A DNA stretch of 64,000 nucleotides from Octopus sinensis (Eukaryota), in the NCBI RefSeq assembly GCF_006345805.1, contig NC_043019.1, positions 14,879,360-14,943,359 on the forward strand, read 5' to 3'. Shown here piece by piece: positions 1 through 12,321 of this stretch. The notes under the pieces are model-generated. The model did not search any database. It had not been told where the DNA came from and worked only from the letters and a program-made list of their open reading frames with translations. Each line of letters opens with the position of its first letter. Within the stretch, counting starts at the first letter, position 1. The position numbers and the translations under genes are program-made.

Positions 1-449
1 TTGTACAGTAAGATTCTTTAAGTCTAAGTCTGAAAACCAAGTCAACGGAGAGGGGTTATGCTCTTGTATAGACTAGTCAGAAAGCTTATGACCTCAGTTG
101 TTCCAGCACCAAAATTTTCAGTCTTAGAGAGAGGGATTCAGTGAGAGAAAGAAAGAAAGAAATAAAGAAAGAAAGAGAGAAAGATAGATAGATAGATAGT
201 AGATAGATAGAGGGAGAGAGGACATTTTTTAAGTGGTCTTAAAAAAGGGCTACGAAGTTTGGGAAGTGCAATTCCTGTTGTCTGCTCAAGACTCTGGTAC
301 AAGACATTTCCTCAAGGTGAGCAAGCCGAAGCTTTGAAGTCACTGCCAAACTTTTCCTTGTTTAATTAACATCTACAATACATTATAAGTATGCTGATAG
401 CCACAACAGGTTATTGGTACTTCTGTACCAACGTAGAATTACTATATAT

Positions 450-518
<69 letters not shown>

Positions 519-548
519 GATATAGATATATATATATATATGTATATA

Positions 549-581
<33 letters not shown>

Positions 582-1021
582 GTGTGTGTGTATATATATA
601 TGTATGTATATATATGTCTGTATATATATTTGTATATATATACGTCTGTATGTATATGTATGTATATATCTGTATATATACGTCTGTATATATGTATATA
701 TGTATGTATGTATATATATATATGTCTGTATGTATATAAATTTATGTCTGCATACATCCATATGCGTTTGTCTATGTGTTATATGTTGGGGGTCTGTGTA
801 TGTGTGTGTTTTTGTGCATGTGTGTGCTTATATATATATATAGATGTGTGTGTGTGTGTGTGAGACCATAGCTAATATAGCAAGGACCAAGGGATCAGTC
901 CAGAGCGATTAAGACAACCTCACACGTAGAATGAAGCAGTTTAATGCAGTTGCGTTGCCAGGAAACAGCGAAGTGTGTCAATGTTGTGCGAGTGCGCGTA
1001 TGTAGAAGAGCGAGTATGCAT

Positions 1022-1066
<45 letters not shown>

Positions 1067-1200
1067 ACTTGTGGGGAACCAATTGTTACTAGTAAGGACC
1101 AATGAACTGAAAATATTAAATTAAAACGAAAATACGTTCGGTAATTGCATACAGAAGGCGAGGTGCTCACACAGGCTTCTGTTTACATAAACAAATATAC

Positions 1201-1235
<35 letters not shown>

Positions 1236-1752
1236 CGTGTGTGTGTGTGTGGAGGCACATGGTCTAGTGGTTAGATCAGCGATCGAGGGATCGCGGGTTC
1301 AAATCTCAGACCGGGCGATGTGTGTGTTTATGAGTGAAAACACCCTAAGCTCCACGCGGCTCCGGCAGCAGGTAATGGCGAACTTCTGCTGACTCTTTCG
1401 CCACAACTTTCTCTCATCTTTCTCTTCCTCACTGATCTGCAGCTCACCTGCGACGGACCGGTGTCCTGTCCAGGTGGGGAACCTATACACCAAAGAAACC
1501 GGAAACCGGCCCTAATGAGCCAGGCGTGGCTCGAGAAGGAACAAACAATATATATATATATATATAAATAAACACTGGCTGGCCCGAAAGTAGGTTTACA
1601 GCAATCACATAAGTACTTTCAATTTCTTTTAAAACATTTTATTACATTTAAAGTTCTCTTACACACTGAAGATGGAGCTTGAGAAAATTAATTAAATTAG
1701 CATAGAATAATGGTTTAATTTTTTCTTATATAATTAAGATCTAATTAAGATA

Positions 1753-2170
1753 GGCGCAGGAGTGGCTGTGTGGTAAGTAGCTTGTTTACCAACCACATGG
1801 TTCCGGGTTCAGTCCCACTGCGTGGCACCTTGGGCAAGTGTCTTCTACTATAGTTTCGGGCCGACCAAAGCCTTGTGAGTGGATTTGGTAGACGAAAACT
1901 GAAAGAAGCCCGTGGTATATATGTATATATATATTTGTGTGTGTGTGTGTGTGTGTTTGTGTGTCTGTGTTTGTTCCCCTAGCATTGCCTGACAACCGAT
2001 GCTGGTGGGCTTATGTCCCCGTTACTTAGCGGTTCGGCAAAAGAGACCGATAGAATAAGTAATGGGCTTACAAAAGAATAATTCCCGGGGTCGATTTGCT
2101 CGATTAAAGGCAGTGCTCCAGCATGGCCGCAGTCAAATGACTGAAACAAGTAAAAGAGTAAAAGAGTAAA
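1753..2170 (+). mobile_element. tRNA-derived CORE-type SINE (most abundant family, with internal microsatellite)
   Basis: tRNA-like A/B-box head, CORE-like ccttgggcaagt, internal (TA/TG)n, tail gaaacaagtaaaagag. More than 20 full or partial copies, e.g. 8345-8725(-), 16690-17045(-), 21712-22175(-), 22968-23350(+), 29790-30150(+), 35190-35560(+), 36588-36955(-), 49845-50185(+), 53900-54230(-), 55820-56050(-), 56852-57115(+). Confidence 0.9.
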
Positions 2171-2484
2171 CTGTTAATATATGAATGCGAAAGAGAAAGC
2201 TGAATAACTGTAAACCTACTTTTCGGTAAGCCTGTATACCCTTTTACTCTTTCACTTGTTTCAGTCATTTGACTGCGGCCATGCTGGAGCAGCGCCTTTA
2301 ATCGAGCAAGTCGACCCCATAGCTTATTCATTGTAAGCCTAGTACTTATTCTATCGATCTCTTTGGCCGAACCGCTAAGATACGGGAACGTAAACACACC
2401 AGCATCGGTTGTCAAGCGATGTTGAGGGGGACCTCGCCGGAATTTGAACTCAGAACGTAAAGACAGACGAAGTACCATTCATTA

Positions 2485-2531
<47 letters not shown>

Positions 2532-2823
2532 ATGGACTCTCCCGTCGAAGACGACGTATGAACGCTCAGCGTTTTGCCCCAGCATGGCCGCATCAAATGA
2601 CTGAAGCAAGTAAAAGAATTATATATATATATATAATATAAGAAAATGGAGATATAGCTTTAATATAATTTTTTTTTATTTCTAGTTTTTCCCTGTTATA
2701 ATTTGAAACAGCACGGCCAGGTGAGCGTGAAGTCTTGTATAAAACAAAAGAACAGGACCTTTTTTTTTGAAGATTAAAAAAATGTGAAAGCAACAAAAAT
2801 AAAAATAAATAAATAACAAAGAA

Positions 2824-2868
<45 letters not shown>

Positions 2869-3119
2869 ATGAATAAAAACAAATAGAATAAAATAAAATA
2901 GACTACACACTACTACATATTAATTCGTCAATCACCCATAAACTTTTAATACAGTTCTACAAGAAGTAACGCTAGAGGACTACCAAGTGTTTACAGACTC
3001 AAGGTAGAACCTCCATTTTTTTATATATAAAATTCTCCTTGCTTTATTTCATTGTATGATCTGTTTTTTTTTTTTCAATTAGATATCTGTCGTGCACAAA
3101 GTATCTAAAATGTTTGAAG

Positions 3120-3940
3120 CTGAGAGTGTTTTTTGTCACTTTGCTTTTATATATTAAAAATTTGCTAATAATGTTAGCAGATCAAAGATGCTTTCTGCAT
3201 ATGTTTTTCTTTTTTTTTTCTCGAATCGAATAGAATGAGCTGTGGATCAAGCTTCATGTTGCGAACATGTATGCACTTTTCACACAGCAAATCTAAGAAG
3301 CGATACCAGAAGGCCTGTACGCATTCACAATACCAGAAAAGGTGTGACACCGTCTCCATTTCACATTGACAAAAAGTGCACAGGTTGCTTTCGGTCAGTT
3401 TAATTTGAAGAATAGAGAATTAGTGGCTAAAATATTGTGTATAATTCCAAACTGGAACCATCGTAATTTAGCATCTGTTGTTGTTTTCATAGGTAGTAAA
3501 AATATTTTTTTCCATCCCAGTTCAGCAAGCATACACTCTTCCCATTTGTGTTTGAATATTAAACAAGTCTCAACATTGTTTAAAACGTAGCAGTATCGTT
3601 TAGATCCTTCCCTAACAGGCATCAGCTTTCGGATAGCTGCATTATCCTCTAAATGTTGGAAAGCACTAGGTTTGCTTATTTTAAACTTTATTTGGTAGCT
3701 TCTAATCGCTCTGATAAGCCCATTATACTGGAGAAAATTTGTATCTAGTTTTAAAAAATTCTGGAATTCTTCTAGGGGTACGGTAAGATCCATCTAAATT
3801 GATAAAGTCACGAATCTTGCTAACACCTCTCTCAAACCACGCAGGAAAATAGATTGCTTCTTTACCGACCCTTAAGTGTTTATTAAAGTAAATTGGTTCT
3901 GTTATGAATTCATCAAATGGATTAGGTTCCGTCCTATTTG
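3120..3940 (-). mobile_element. Tx1/L1-clade LINE ORF2 C-terminal (zf-RVT) fragment
   Basis: KLRWFQFGIIHNILATNSLFFKL ... ETVSHLFWYCECVQAFW ... ILF, typical of the L1/Tx1 zinc-binding C-terminus. Confidence 0.8.
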
Positions 3941-3960
3941 TAAACTTATATATATAATGT

Positions 3961-4199
3961 GGAGGCGCGTGGCTTAGTGGTTAGGGTGTCAGCATCATGA
4001 TCGTAAGATTGTGGCTTCGATTCCTGAACCGGGCGACGCGTTTTGTTCTTGAGCAAAACACTTCATTTCACGTTGCTCCGGTCCACCCCAGCTGGCAAAA
4101 ATGAGTAACGCTGCGATGGACTGGCGTCCCGTCCAGCTGGGGAACACATACGACATTGAAACCGGGCCCATGAGCCTGGCTAGGCTTTAAAAAGGGCGC

Positions 4200-4201
<2 letters not shown>
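3961..4201 (+). mobile_element. tRNA-derived SINE with a V-domain-like motif (third family)
   Basis: Head ggaggcgcgtggcttagtggttag..ttcgattcc, motif gcgatggactggcgtcccgtccag. Near-identical copy 59976-60222. Related variants 1251-1548, 40225-40530(-), 56443-56790, and 39415-39750(-), 62410-62705(-). Confidence 0.85.
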
Positions 4202-4249
<48 letters not shown>

Positions 4250-5199
4250 CATACACACAACCTGTCACATGGTCGGATAATCGACAACTAAACTAGTAAT
4301 CCGACTAAACCTGCGCTTGGAAAGGAGAGCGGTTTTTGTTGGACATCCTGCAGGACGAAAAACAAAACCTAGCAAAGGACGGCCAAATTGACAGCTGAGT
4401 CAACGGCCATCCAACAGCTGGGAGTGAGAGACTCCTTAGTCATTGATTAGATGTCTTTTTGTAACAGAACGAAACTCCGTAATAACACTCGCCTCGCTGC
4501 GAAGCCGGAGTTTTGTCTCTTATTTGCTTCTGGACTCCTTGGCTTTGACGACGAGAGCCTTAGCGGTGTGAAGAGACTGCAAGAAATGTGCTGAGACAAT
4601 ATTGACCCATCAGGAATAAGGGTGGAATTCAAGGAGTTGCCACCAGTGGTGGATTTACTAGAAATCGAACCACTAATAAAATATTACTAAAAAGTAAATA
4701 AGTATGTCAAATCGACAGGAAAAAAGAAAAGGAAAAAGGAGAAAAAAAAAGAAAGAGTGTTTTATGTTATGTTTAATAATATCGTAAAATAGAACAATTT
4801 TGGAGAACATATAACGGTTCAAATGATTGTAATGGCAGACGATAATTAATTGTTAGTTAAATACATGATAAAAACGGACAGTTTAAAAAGATTAATGGTA
4901 TTGCATGTGATGAGGGGCGCAGGCAGCCATTCATAACCCCATTGTTATATAACCATCTCATCATATTCGTTCTATGTATTGTCCCCTCTGTGGTGTCCTG
5001 TCTGTCCTTGTTTGTCCCCCTCTATATTTGGGCCCTTGTGGCTAATAAAGAAACCGAGAGCCTTAGCGGTGTTGTGAGAACTGTTATTGACCTTAAATTT
5101 TCAACATGGGCATTACTGACAGCCATTGTCGTTAACATCTAAGATAAGATCATTTGTCGGTGATGGTCATATTCGTCTACGAGTTGACAGCCACAATGC

Positions 5200-6890
5200 G
5201 TGTATGTATGGTTTGCTTTATGTATGTATTCTTATGCATATAATTGCATGTCTAGACCTCCTCAAATATACTTAAATGAAAAACAACCTTTGGAAAGTTT
5301 TACAGATTTTTACAGTTCCAGTGATGGATTGGACCTGTAGTCATCGTATCAGCTTACTCCTTTGTGGTTTTGAGAAGCCTAATTTCTCAAGATTGGTATT
5401 TAGGCAGTGTGTTACATATCCCAGGGCCCCAATAATTACAGATATAAACCTGAGCTTCTAACCTAGATACGAGGGGCGTTCAATAAGTAATGCCCCTGAC
5501 CCATTTCCCATAGCAGTAGAGCAACGAAACTTGGCACAGTTATTAGTCTTTTTCTACATAGGAACCACCCAGAGTTACGCATTTCTCCCATCGTTTGATG
5601 CGGCTCTGGAGACCGTTTTTGTAGAAGAACCCAGCTTGGTCCTCCAACCTCAACGTGACTTCAGAAATCAAGGCTGCATCATCTGGGAAACGCTTTCCTT
5701 TCAAAAACAACTTCATGATTGGGAGAGGTGAAAATCAGAGGGTGCAAGGTCAGGAAAGTAGGGGGGATGGGGAGGAGTTCATAGCCATACGCCTGTGCTT
5801 CTGATCTGGCGACAAGCGAGTTGTGGACCGGAGCGTTGTCCTGCAGGAGGAGGATGCCTTTGCTGATCTTGCCCCGCCTCTTGATTTTGATAACTTCTCT
5901 TAATTTCCTCAAAAGTGAAGCATAATAGGCTCCTGCAATTGTGGTACCCTTTGCCAGGAAATCTGTCATCACTACTCCGTCCTGGTCCCAGAAGACTGTG
6001 AGCATGACCTTGCCAGCGGAGGGCTGCACCCTTGCCTTCTTTGGAGGGGGTGAGTCACGGTGCTTCCACTGCATTGACTGGGCTTTGGTCTCTGGATCAT
6101 CGTGATGGACTCAGGTTTCATCCTGTGTAATCAGTATTTTGAAAAATTTTGACTCATCTTCTTGGCACATCTCCAAATTCACCCTCGAGCACTCGACGCG
6201 TTCTTGCTTCTGGAAAGGCGTGAGCAACCTGGGAATCCATCTGGCAGACACCTGTTGCGTATGTAAATGGTCATGAATGATAGTTTCCACAGACCCGGTA
6301 CTAATCTTGAACTCATGGGCTATTTGGCGAATAATTATGCGTCGATCTTCCAAAATGGCAGCCTCAACTTGACGGACAGATGCCTCATCAATGGCAGAAG
6401 GGGCGACCAGATCTGGGAGCTGTTTCCACAGAGTTCCGACCATGTTTGAATTCACGATGCCAGCGTTTTACAGGGTCATATGATGGGGCATCATCACCAT
6501 AAGTTACTTTCATTTCATCAAAAGTCTCCCGTTGTGGTGCGTCCTTTCAAATACAAAAACCGGATCACTGCTCGACACTCAACAGGCTCCATTTCACACT
6601 TGACTCGGTTCAAAACCCTGTAAATCAGAAACCACAATTAATTCAGAGCTGTAATTTGCCACTTACTCTATAGAGATATAAATAATTGCACATGCAAAAT
6701 TTCAGCTAGATCAAACAACTGCAAGTGGGTCAGAGGCATTACTTATTGAACGTCCCTCGTAGAGTAGCTGCAAACTTTTCAATAGTTCGGCGTAGGTATT
6801 TTCTTTTTCGCTGATCTTCAGCTTTATGCCAACATCTGCTGGGAAGCTGATTTCCATAACTGTACACAGTTTCCCTTCTCTATCCGAAAT
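5200..6890 (-). mobile_element. R4/NeSL-type LINE 3' end (restriction-like endonuclease) split by the mariner
   Basis: DREGKLCTVMEISFPADV..KISEKENTYAELL..LQLLY, then across the mariner FISVIIGALGYV...SITGTVKICKTF. The frame is continuous once the mariner and one TA are removed. Confidence 0.75.
5470..6759 (-). mobile_element. Full-length mariner (DD34D) DNA transposon, defective
   Basis: TIRs cgaggggcgttcaataagtaatgcc(c/t)ctgaccc, TA duplications at 5468-69 and 6760-61, 1290 bp. Transposase motifs TQDET, VFWD, QDNAPVH, with frameshifts and stops. Confidence 0.95.
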
Positions 6891-7222
6891 GTATGTATGG
6901 ATGGATGGACGGGTCTCTTCTTTGCTTTATTTAAATTCTTCTTCCGAGGAAGGAGCAAGACAGTTCTATATTTAAGAGATTAGGAATTATGTACATTATT
7001 TACATTTGACGGATATTTGTCCTCATCTTGTTTGTTGTTAACACAACATTTCGGCTGATATACTCACCAGCCTTTATCAGGTGTCTTGGGGGAAATTTCG
7101 AACCTGGATTCTCATTCCTAAGATATTTTTCGATGTTGTTGTTCTACTATTGCCTCGGGCTGACCAAAGCCTTGGGAGTGGATTTGGTAGACGGAAACTG
7201 AAAGAAGCTCGTTGTATATATG

Positions 7223-7253
<31 letters not shown>

Positions 7254-8240
7254 ATGTGTGTGTATATGTTTGTGTGTTTGTGTTTGTCCCCCCCAACATC
7301 GCTTGACGGCTGATGGTGGTGTATTTATGTCCCCGTAACTTAGCGGTTCGGCAAAAGAGACCGATAGAATAAGTACTAGGCTTACAAAGAATAAGTCCTG
7401 GGATAGATTTTCTCGATCGACTAAAGGTGGTGCTCCAGCATGGCCACAGTCAAAATACTGAAACAAGTAAAAGAGTATTATGTATGTATGTATGTATGCA
7501 TGTATGTATGTATGCGTGGGGACGTGGAACTATCTGGGTTGGCTTCCAGGTGCGCGGTTGGCCCTCTGGGAGTGAGAGGTTCCTCTGTTGTTGTCACATC
7601 TCTCTATGAGAGCGGAAACTTTGAGAGAAATTCTTCGTTTAGAGTTTATGCTGTCCATGATCAGAGAGTGGGATTGGATTCGTGCAAATCCTTTCCCCCC
7701 ATTATTAAAAAAAAACAAATCATAATGCCCAGGCATCGCTTGAAAAAGAGTAAGACCTCCTATCACAAAAATGGCTGATCGTAGCCTTCGCATGTGTGGA
7801 GCTTTCGATCAGGTAATTGCAATACTCGAGCACGAGTTTGCAGCCATCATGGATGTATATATATATATGTATGTATGAATATTTGTATTTATGTATTCAT
7901 TGTGTATGCATGCCTACGCGCGTGTGCGAAACTGTGATCGCATGTGACGCGTTTCCGTCTACGTAATTCTATACGTCTCTAAGTGGTCTTTTACCTGCGT
8001 GCAGATTATATGTCCGATATACATATCCGTACTTGCCAAAAATTTGCTCTTTGCTCTTTGCTTTCGCTTCTGTCTGAGTCATAGCAACAATGTCGTTGAT
8101 TCTCATGAGGAGTTTGTGGATAAAAAGGTGCTTCAACCCACATTTATATATACATACATGTCTGTCTGTCTGTCTGCATGACTGTCTGTCTGACTGTCTA
8201 TCTGTCTGTCTGACTGTCTATCTATCTGTCTATCTATCTG

Positions 8241-8347
<107 letters not shown>

Positions 8348-8845
8348 TCTTTTATTTGCTTCAGTCATTTTGACTGCGGCCATGCTGGAGCACCGCCTTT
8401 AGTCGAACAAATCGACCCCAGGACTTATTTTTTTGCGAGCCTAGTATTTATTCTATCGGTTATTTTGCCGAACTGCTAAGTTACGGGGACGTAAACACAC
8501 CAACATCGGTTGTCAAGCGATGGCGGGGGACAGACACACAAACATATACACACGCATTCATATATACGACGGGCTTCGTTCAGTTTCTGTCTACCAAAAT
8601 CCACTCACAAGACTTTGGTTGGCCCGAGGCTTAGTAGAAGACACTTGCCCAAGGTGCCACGCAGTGGGACAGAAACAGGGATCATGTGATTGGTAAGCAA
8701 TCTACTTACCACACAGCCACCCCTGCGCATACACACACACACACACACACATACATACACATACATATATACACACACACACATATATATATATACACAC
8801 ACACATATATATATACACACACATATACACACACACACACATATA

Positions 8846-8876
<31 letters not shown>

Positions 8877-8881
8877 TATTA

Positions 8882-9160
8882 GAGGACAACAAAAAATCAA
8901 GGCAAGACGAGTATCTCAAGTCATTTATTATAACTTAGGGTAAAGTGAATTTGAAGTCATACAGCTATTTCTGGGATATCCCAAGTGATAGGCTAGCGTG
9001 TCCGTACACTGGGTATTCTGTGATACCCAGTGTACGGATATGCTAACCTATCACTTGGGATATCCCAGAAGCAGCTGTATGACTTCAAATTAGCTTACCC
9101 TAGTTAAATTCCTATAAATGACTTGAGATGTTCATCCTACCTTGGTTTTTGTTGTTCTTT
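8882..9160. repeat. Long near-perfect inverted repeat (fold-back, arms about 135 bp, 6-nt loop)
   Basis: Arms pair around loop TCTGTG (9017-9022). The central ~80 bp are almost perfect. Each arm contains the palindrome TGGGATATCCCA. Confidence 0.9.
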
Positions 9161-9314
9161 TCGTCTCATATATACCTGCTAACACAGAAGTTTAATATTG
9201 ATCTCTAGCTCCGGCCTCAGCTGTGAAATTGGAGCCTAACGGATGACTAATTTAGCACTTACTCACCGTACCTATTCGTTTACAGCACCAGTGAACTAAA
9301 CACTTCATATTCTT

Positions 9315-9373
<59 letters not shown>

Positions 9374-9585
9374 AATCTTAAAAAGAACAAATACAAAAGA
9401 AAACAACAACGTGGGGATGTGGTACATGTAAAGTATTAGCAGACGCTCAGGGAAGAAAAGAAAGATGATTTAGCATTTCGTGCAGATGCTCTTCTTCGGA
9501 AACAGAGGAAAGTCCAGTAGAAGGAAAGACGGAGGAAGAAACTCACCAACGATTCACATGTGGTTACAATACACACACACACACA

Positions 9586-9628
<43 letters not shown>

Positions 9629-10096
9629 ATTATGTAATCGGGATAAAAAAAGATGGTAGCAATTAAAATTTTGAAGCACCTTCACGCACGTTGGGCTAAC
9701 AGGATACTTCAAAGGAATAAATAGATATTCCAATCTCTCAACTGGTTCATAAAGCAGTCCATGCGAAATTTGAGCTGTCCATTCTTATTTCTTTACTACA
9801 AATATATGTCTGTGTGTGCGTGTGCATGTGTATATACATGATGTCGACAAATGTAGGCTGTTACTAATAGACTAAGAATTCGGTGACTAAGTTAAGCACG
9901 TCGTCCTCCCCCAACAACTCACATAATAAACAGTTTATAAAACTGAAATCATGCTTGGAATATGGTTTTCAACAACACTATAAAATACACAATGTATCGC
10001 CACGGGCAGATGCACATGACAGCTTCGAATAAAAACAAGATATTTTATAAAAAAAAAAGCGTCTACTGAAATAGTATTTATTTCACTTCATTAAAA

Positions 10097-10175
<79 letters not shown>

Positions 10176-10192
10176 AATATATATATATACAA

Positions 10193-10226
<34 letters not shown>

Positions 10227-10304
10227 ATAAACAGACCTGTTTATTTGATTCAACATAAATGCACAAACACACACACACACTCACACACACATACACATAC
10301 ACAC

Positions 10305-10335
<31 letters not shown>

Positions 10336-10463
10336 AGCGCTCACGAACACATGAAGAGTGCAAGTCGCCGTGTCAGTCGGGTACTAGGTAATCAGCGAAG
10401 AGGGTTTAGGTTCGTGTAATAGCACAACACACAACAGCATACACACACTAACACACACACACG

Positions 10464-10536
<73 letters not shown>

Positions 10537-10543
10537 TATAGCT

Positions 10544-10586
<43 letters not shown>

Positions 10587-10789
10587 ACTCACACCACAAT
10601 GAGCCCATGACTAAGAGGTATAACGAACGAATAATCGGTTGGATCCGTTATATAGTCGTAGAAATATATGGTCGTAAATATATGGTGCATAATGCGAAGG
10701 AGGAAAATAATGAAAGATTCGACGTTTAATGTAGCTACAATTTGACGATTAAGTCGCAGTATAACGATGGAAAGAATCCGATTGCGAAT

Positions 10790-11345
10790 CCATGGATCAA
10801 GAAATACCTTCGAAAGATTCTTGGAGTAACGTTACCCGATACGGTTCGTAGCTCGGAGATCAGGGAGTCTCTCCACGTCGAGCCGCTACTTTTCTGCATT
10901 GAGAAGTCACAGTTCTGGTGCTGTAGACGTGATTAGAATGTTGCAGGAAGGAATCGCAAGACGGATTCTTAAAGTTGATAAAAGGTGGCGAGCTGGCAGA
11001 AACGTTAGCACGCCGGGCGAAATGCGTAGCCGTATTTCGTCTGCCGTTACGTTCTGAGTTCAAATTCCGCCGAGGTCGACTTTGCCTTTCATCCTTTCGG
11101 GGTCGATAAATTAAGTACCAGTTACGTACTGGGGTCGATATAATCGACTTATTCCGTTTGTCTGTCCTTGTTTGTCCTCTCTGTGTTTAGCCCCTTGTGG
11201 GTAGTAAAGAAATAGGATTCTTAAAGTTGAGCCAACTGGCAGGAGACTTAGAGTGTAGGTCAGGATCAAAATGGGTGGATAACGTCCGTAGTCTCCGTTG
11301 GTCATATTTGAGAATCCAGCAGGAAAATTCAATGACGGTTGCTTC
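10790..11345 (+). mobile_element. RTE-clade LINE 3' ORF fragment interrupted by a SINE
   Basis: YLRKILGVTLPDTVRSSEIRESLHVEPLLFCIEKSQ and PTGRRL..KWVDNV..LRW...VASNR match the RTE C-terminus. The SINE at 10983-11214 is flanked by a 16-bp TSD ggattcttaaagttga. Confidence 0.75.
10983..11214 (+). mobile_element. tRNA-derived SINE with a Meta/Sauria-like central domain (second family)
   Basis: Head ggcggcgagctggcagaa..gagttcaaattcc, central gcctttcatcctttcggggtcgataaattaagtaccag, tail ..ccttgtgggtagtaaagaaata, 16-bp TSD. Other copies 17507-17652, 22552-22830, 28590-28830, 32978-33600, 40780-41690(-), 50876-51105(-), 51640-52470(-), 52950-53575, 59030-59310, 61540-61940(-). Confidence 0.9.
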
Positions 11346-11349
11346 TAAT

Positions 11350-11985
11350 CGGTGCCGGTGTTCAAACCGAAAAGGAATGTACCTTTTGCGGCGTTAAATC
11401 AAATTGTGAAGGAATTAAAAAGATTGGAAGACATGGAAGTAATTGAAAAAGTAGTCTACTCTGAGTGTGCGGCTCCTACGGTATATACAAAAAAGAAGAA
11501 CAACGAGGTAAGAGTATGTGCGGACATCTCAGCTGGTCTTAATGATTGTTTAAAAAAATTACAATTATCCGTTTCCAAACCCGGAAGAAATATTTGCTAA
11601 GTGCAATGGTGGGAAAATTTTTTCCAAGCTGGATTTTTCAGAAGCCTAATTCCAATTACTGGGAGATGAAGAATGTGCTAAAGTATAAACAATCAATACT
11701 CATAAAGGTCTGTACCATTTCAAAAGACTACCATTTGCAGTAAAGGTCGCACCAGCAATATTTCAGCAAGTAATGGATTCTATGCTAGCAGATTGTGAGT
11801 TCGCGGTCTCATACTTGGATGACATATTGATCAAAAGGGAATCAAGGGACCAACATATTGAGCATATAGAAGAGGTTTTCAAACGAATAAGTGAATACGG
11901 GTTCAAAGTAAGGGAGGATAAATGTGAATTTCTCTCGACAAAAATAAAGTACTTAGGACAGGTGATCGATGAAGGACGACATGCT
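11350..11985 (+). mobile_element. Ty3/Gypsy reverse transcriptase remnant
   Basis: PVFKPKRNVPFAAL, KKKNNEVRVCAD, RLPFAVKVAPAIFQQVMD, SYLDDILI, KCEFL..KIKYLGQVID, with stops and frameshifts. Confidence 0.9.
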
Positions 11986-12166
11986 TGAGGGCTCTACCTC
12001 CATGACACTTCCAGGAACAGTCGACGGAGAAGCTGGATGGTTGGAAAATCTGCACATTGGTAGATTTAGAACAGACGCGCGTATGTGTGTATGTGCATGT
12101 GTGTGTGCGTACGTGTATGTGTGTGTGTGTAAGTATGTAAGGTCGTTTTTAGTGCTGCTGGTAACA

Positions 12167-12321
12167 TGTAACCCAGTACAACTTGTCACATGGTCGGATA
12201 ATCGACAACTACGCTTGTAATCCTACCGAATCTGCTTGGAAACGAGGGCGGTTTTCATTAGACGAAAAACAAAACCTATCAAAAGAAAGATGAATTCAGT
12301 TCAGTCAACGGTCATCCAACA
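12167..12321 (+). mobile_element. LTR-like dispersed repeat (TG...CA); second copy at 4257-4416
   Basis: Two same-orientation copies sharing tgtcacatggtcggataatcgacaact...gacgaaaaacaaaacct...agtcaacgg.catccaaca. This copy lies 180 bp from the Gypsy RT. No TSD found. Confidence 0.45.

Noticed and set aside
383-863. ORFs rich in YI/YT/HT/CV dipeptides (also 8605-8943, 12843-13281, 15407-16193, 47663-48661, 55282-56344, 57704-58817)
   Set aside because: Translations of (TA)n/(CA)n/(TG)n microsatellites, with no coding signal.
1251-1330. tRNA-like sequences (A/B boxes) here and at many SINE heads, also about 53630-53700
   Set aside because: They continue into SINE bodies and lack a complete cloverleaf, so they are not tRNA genes.
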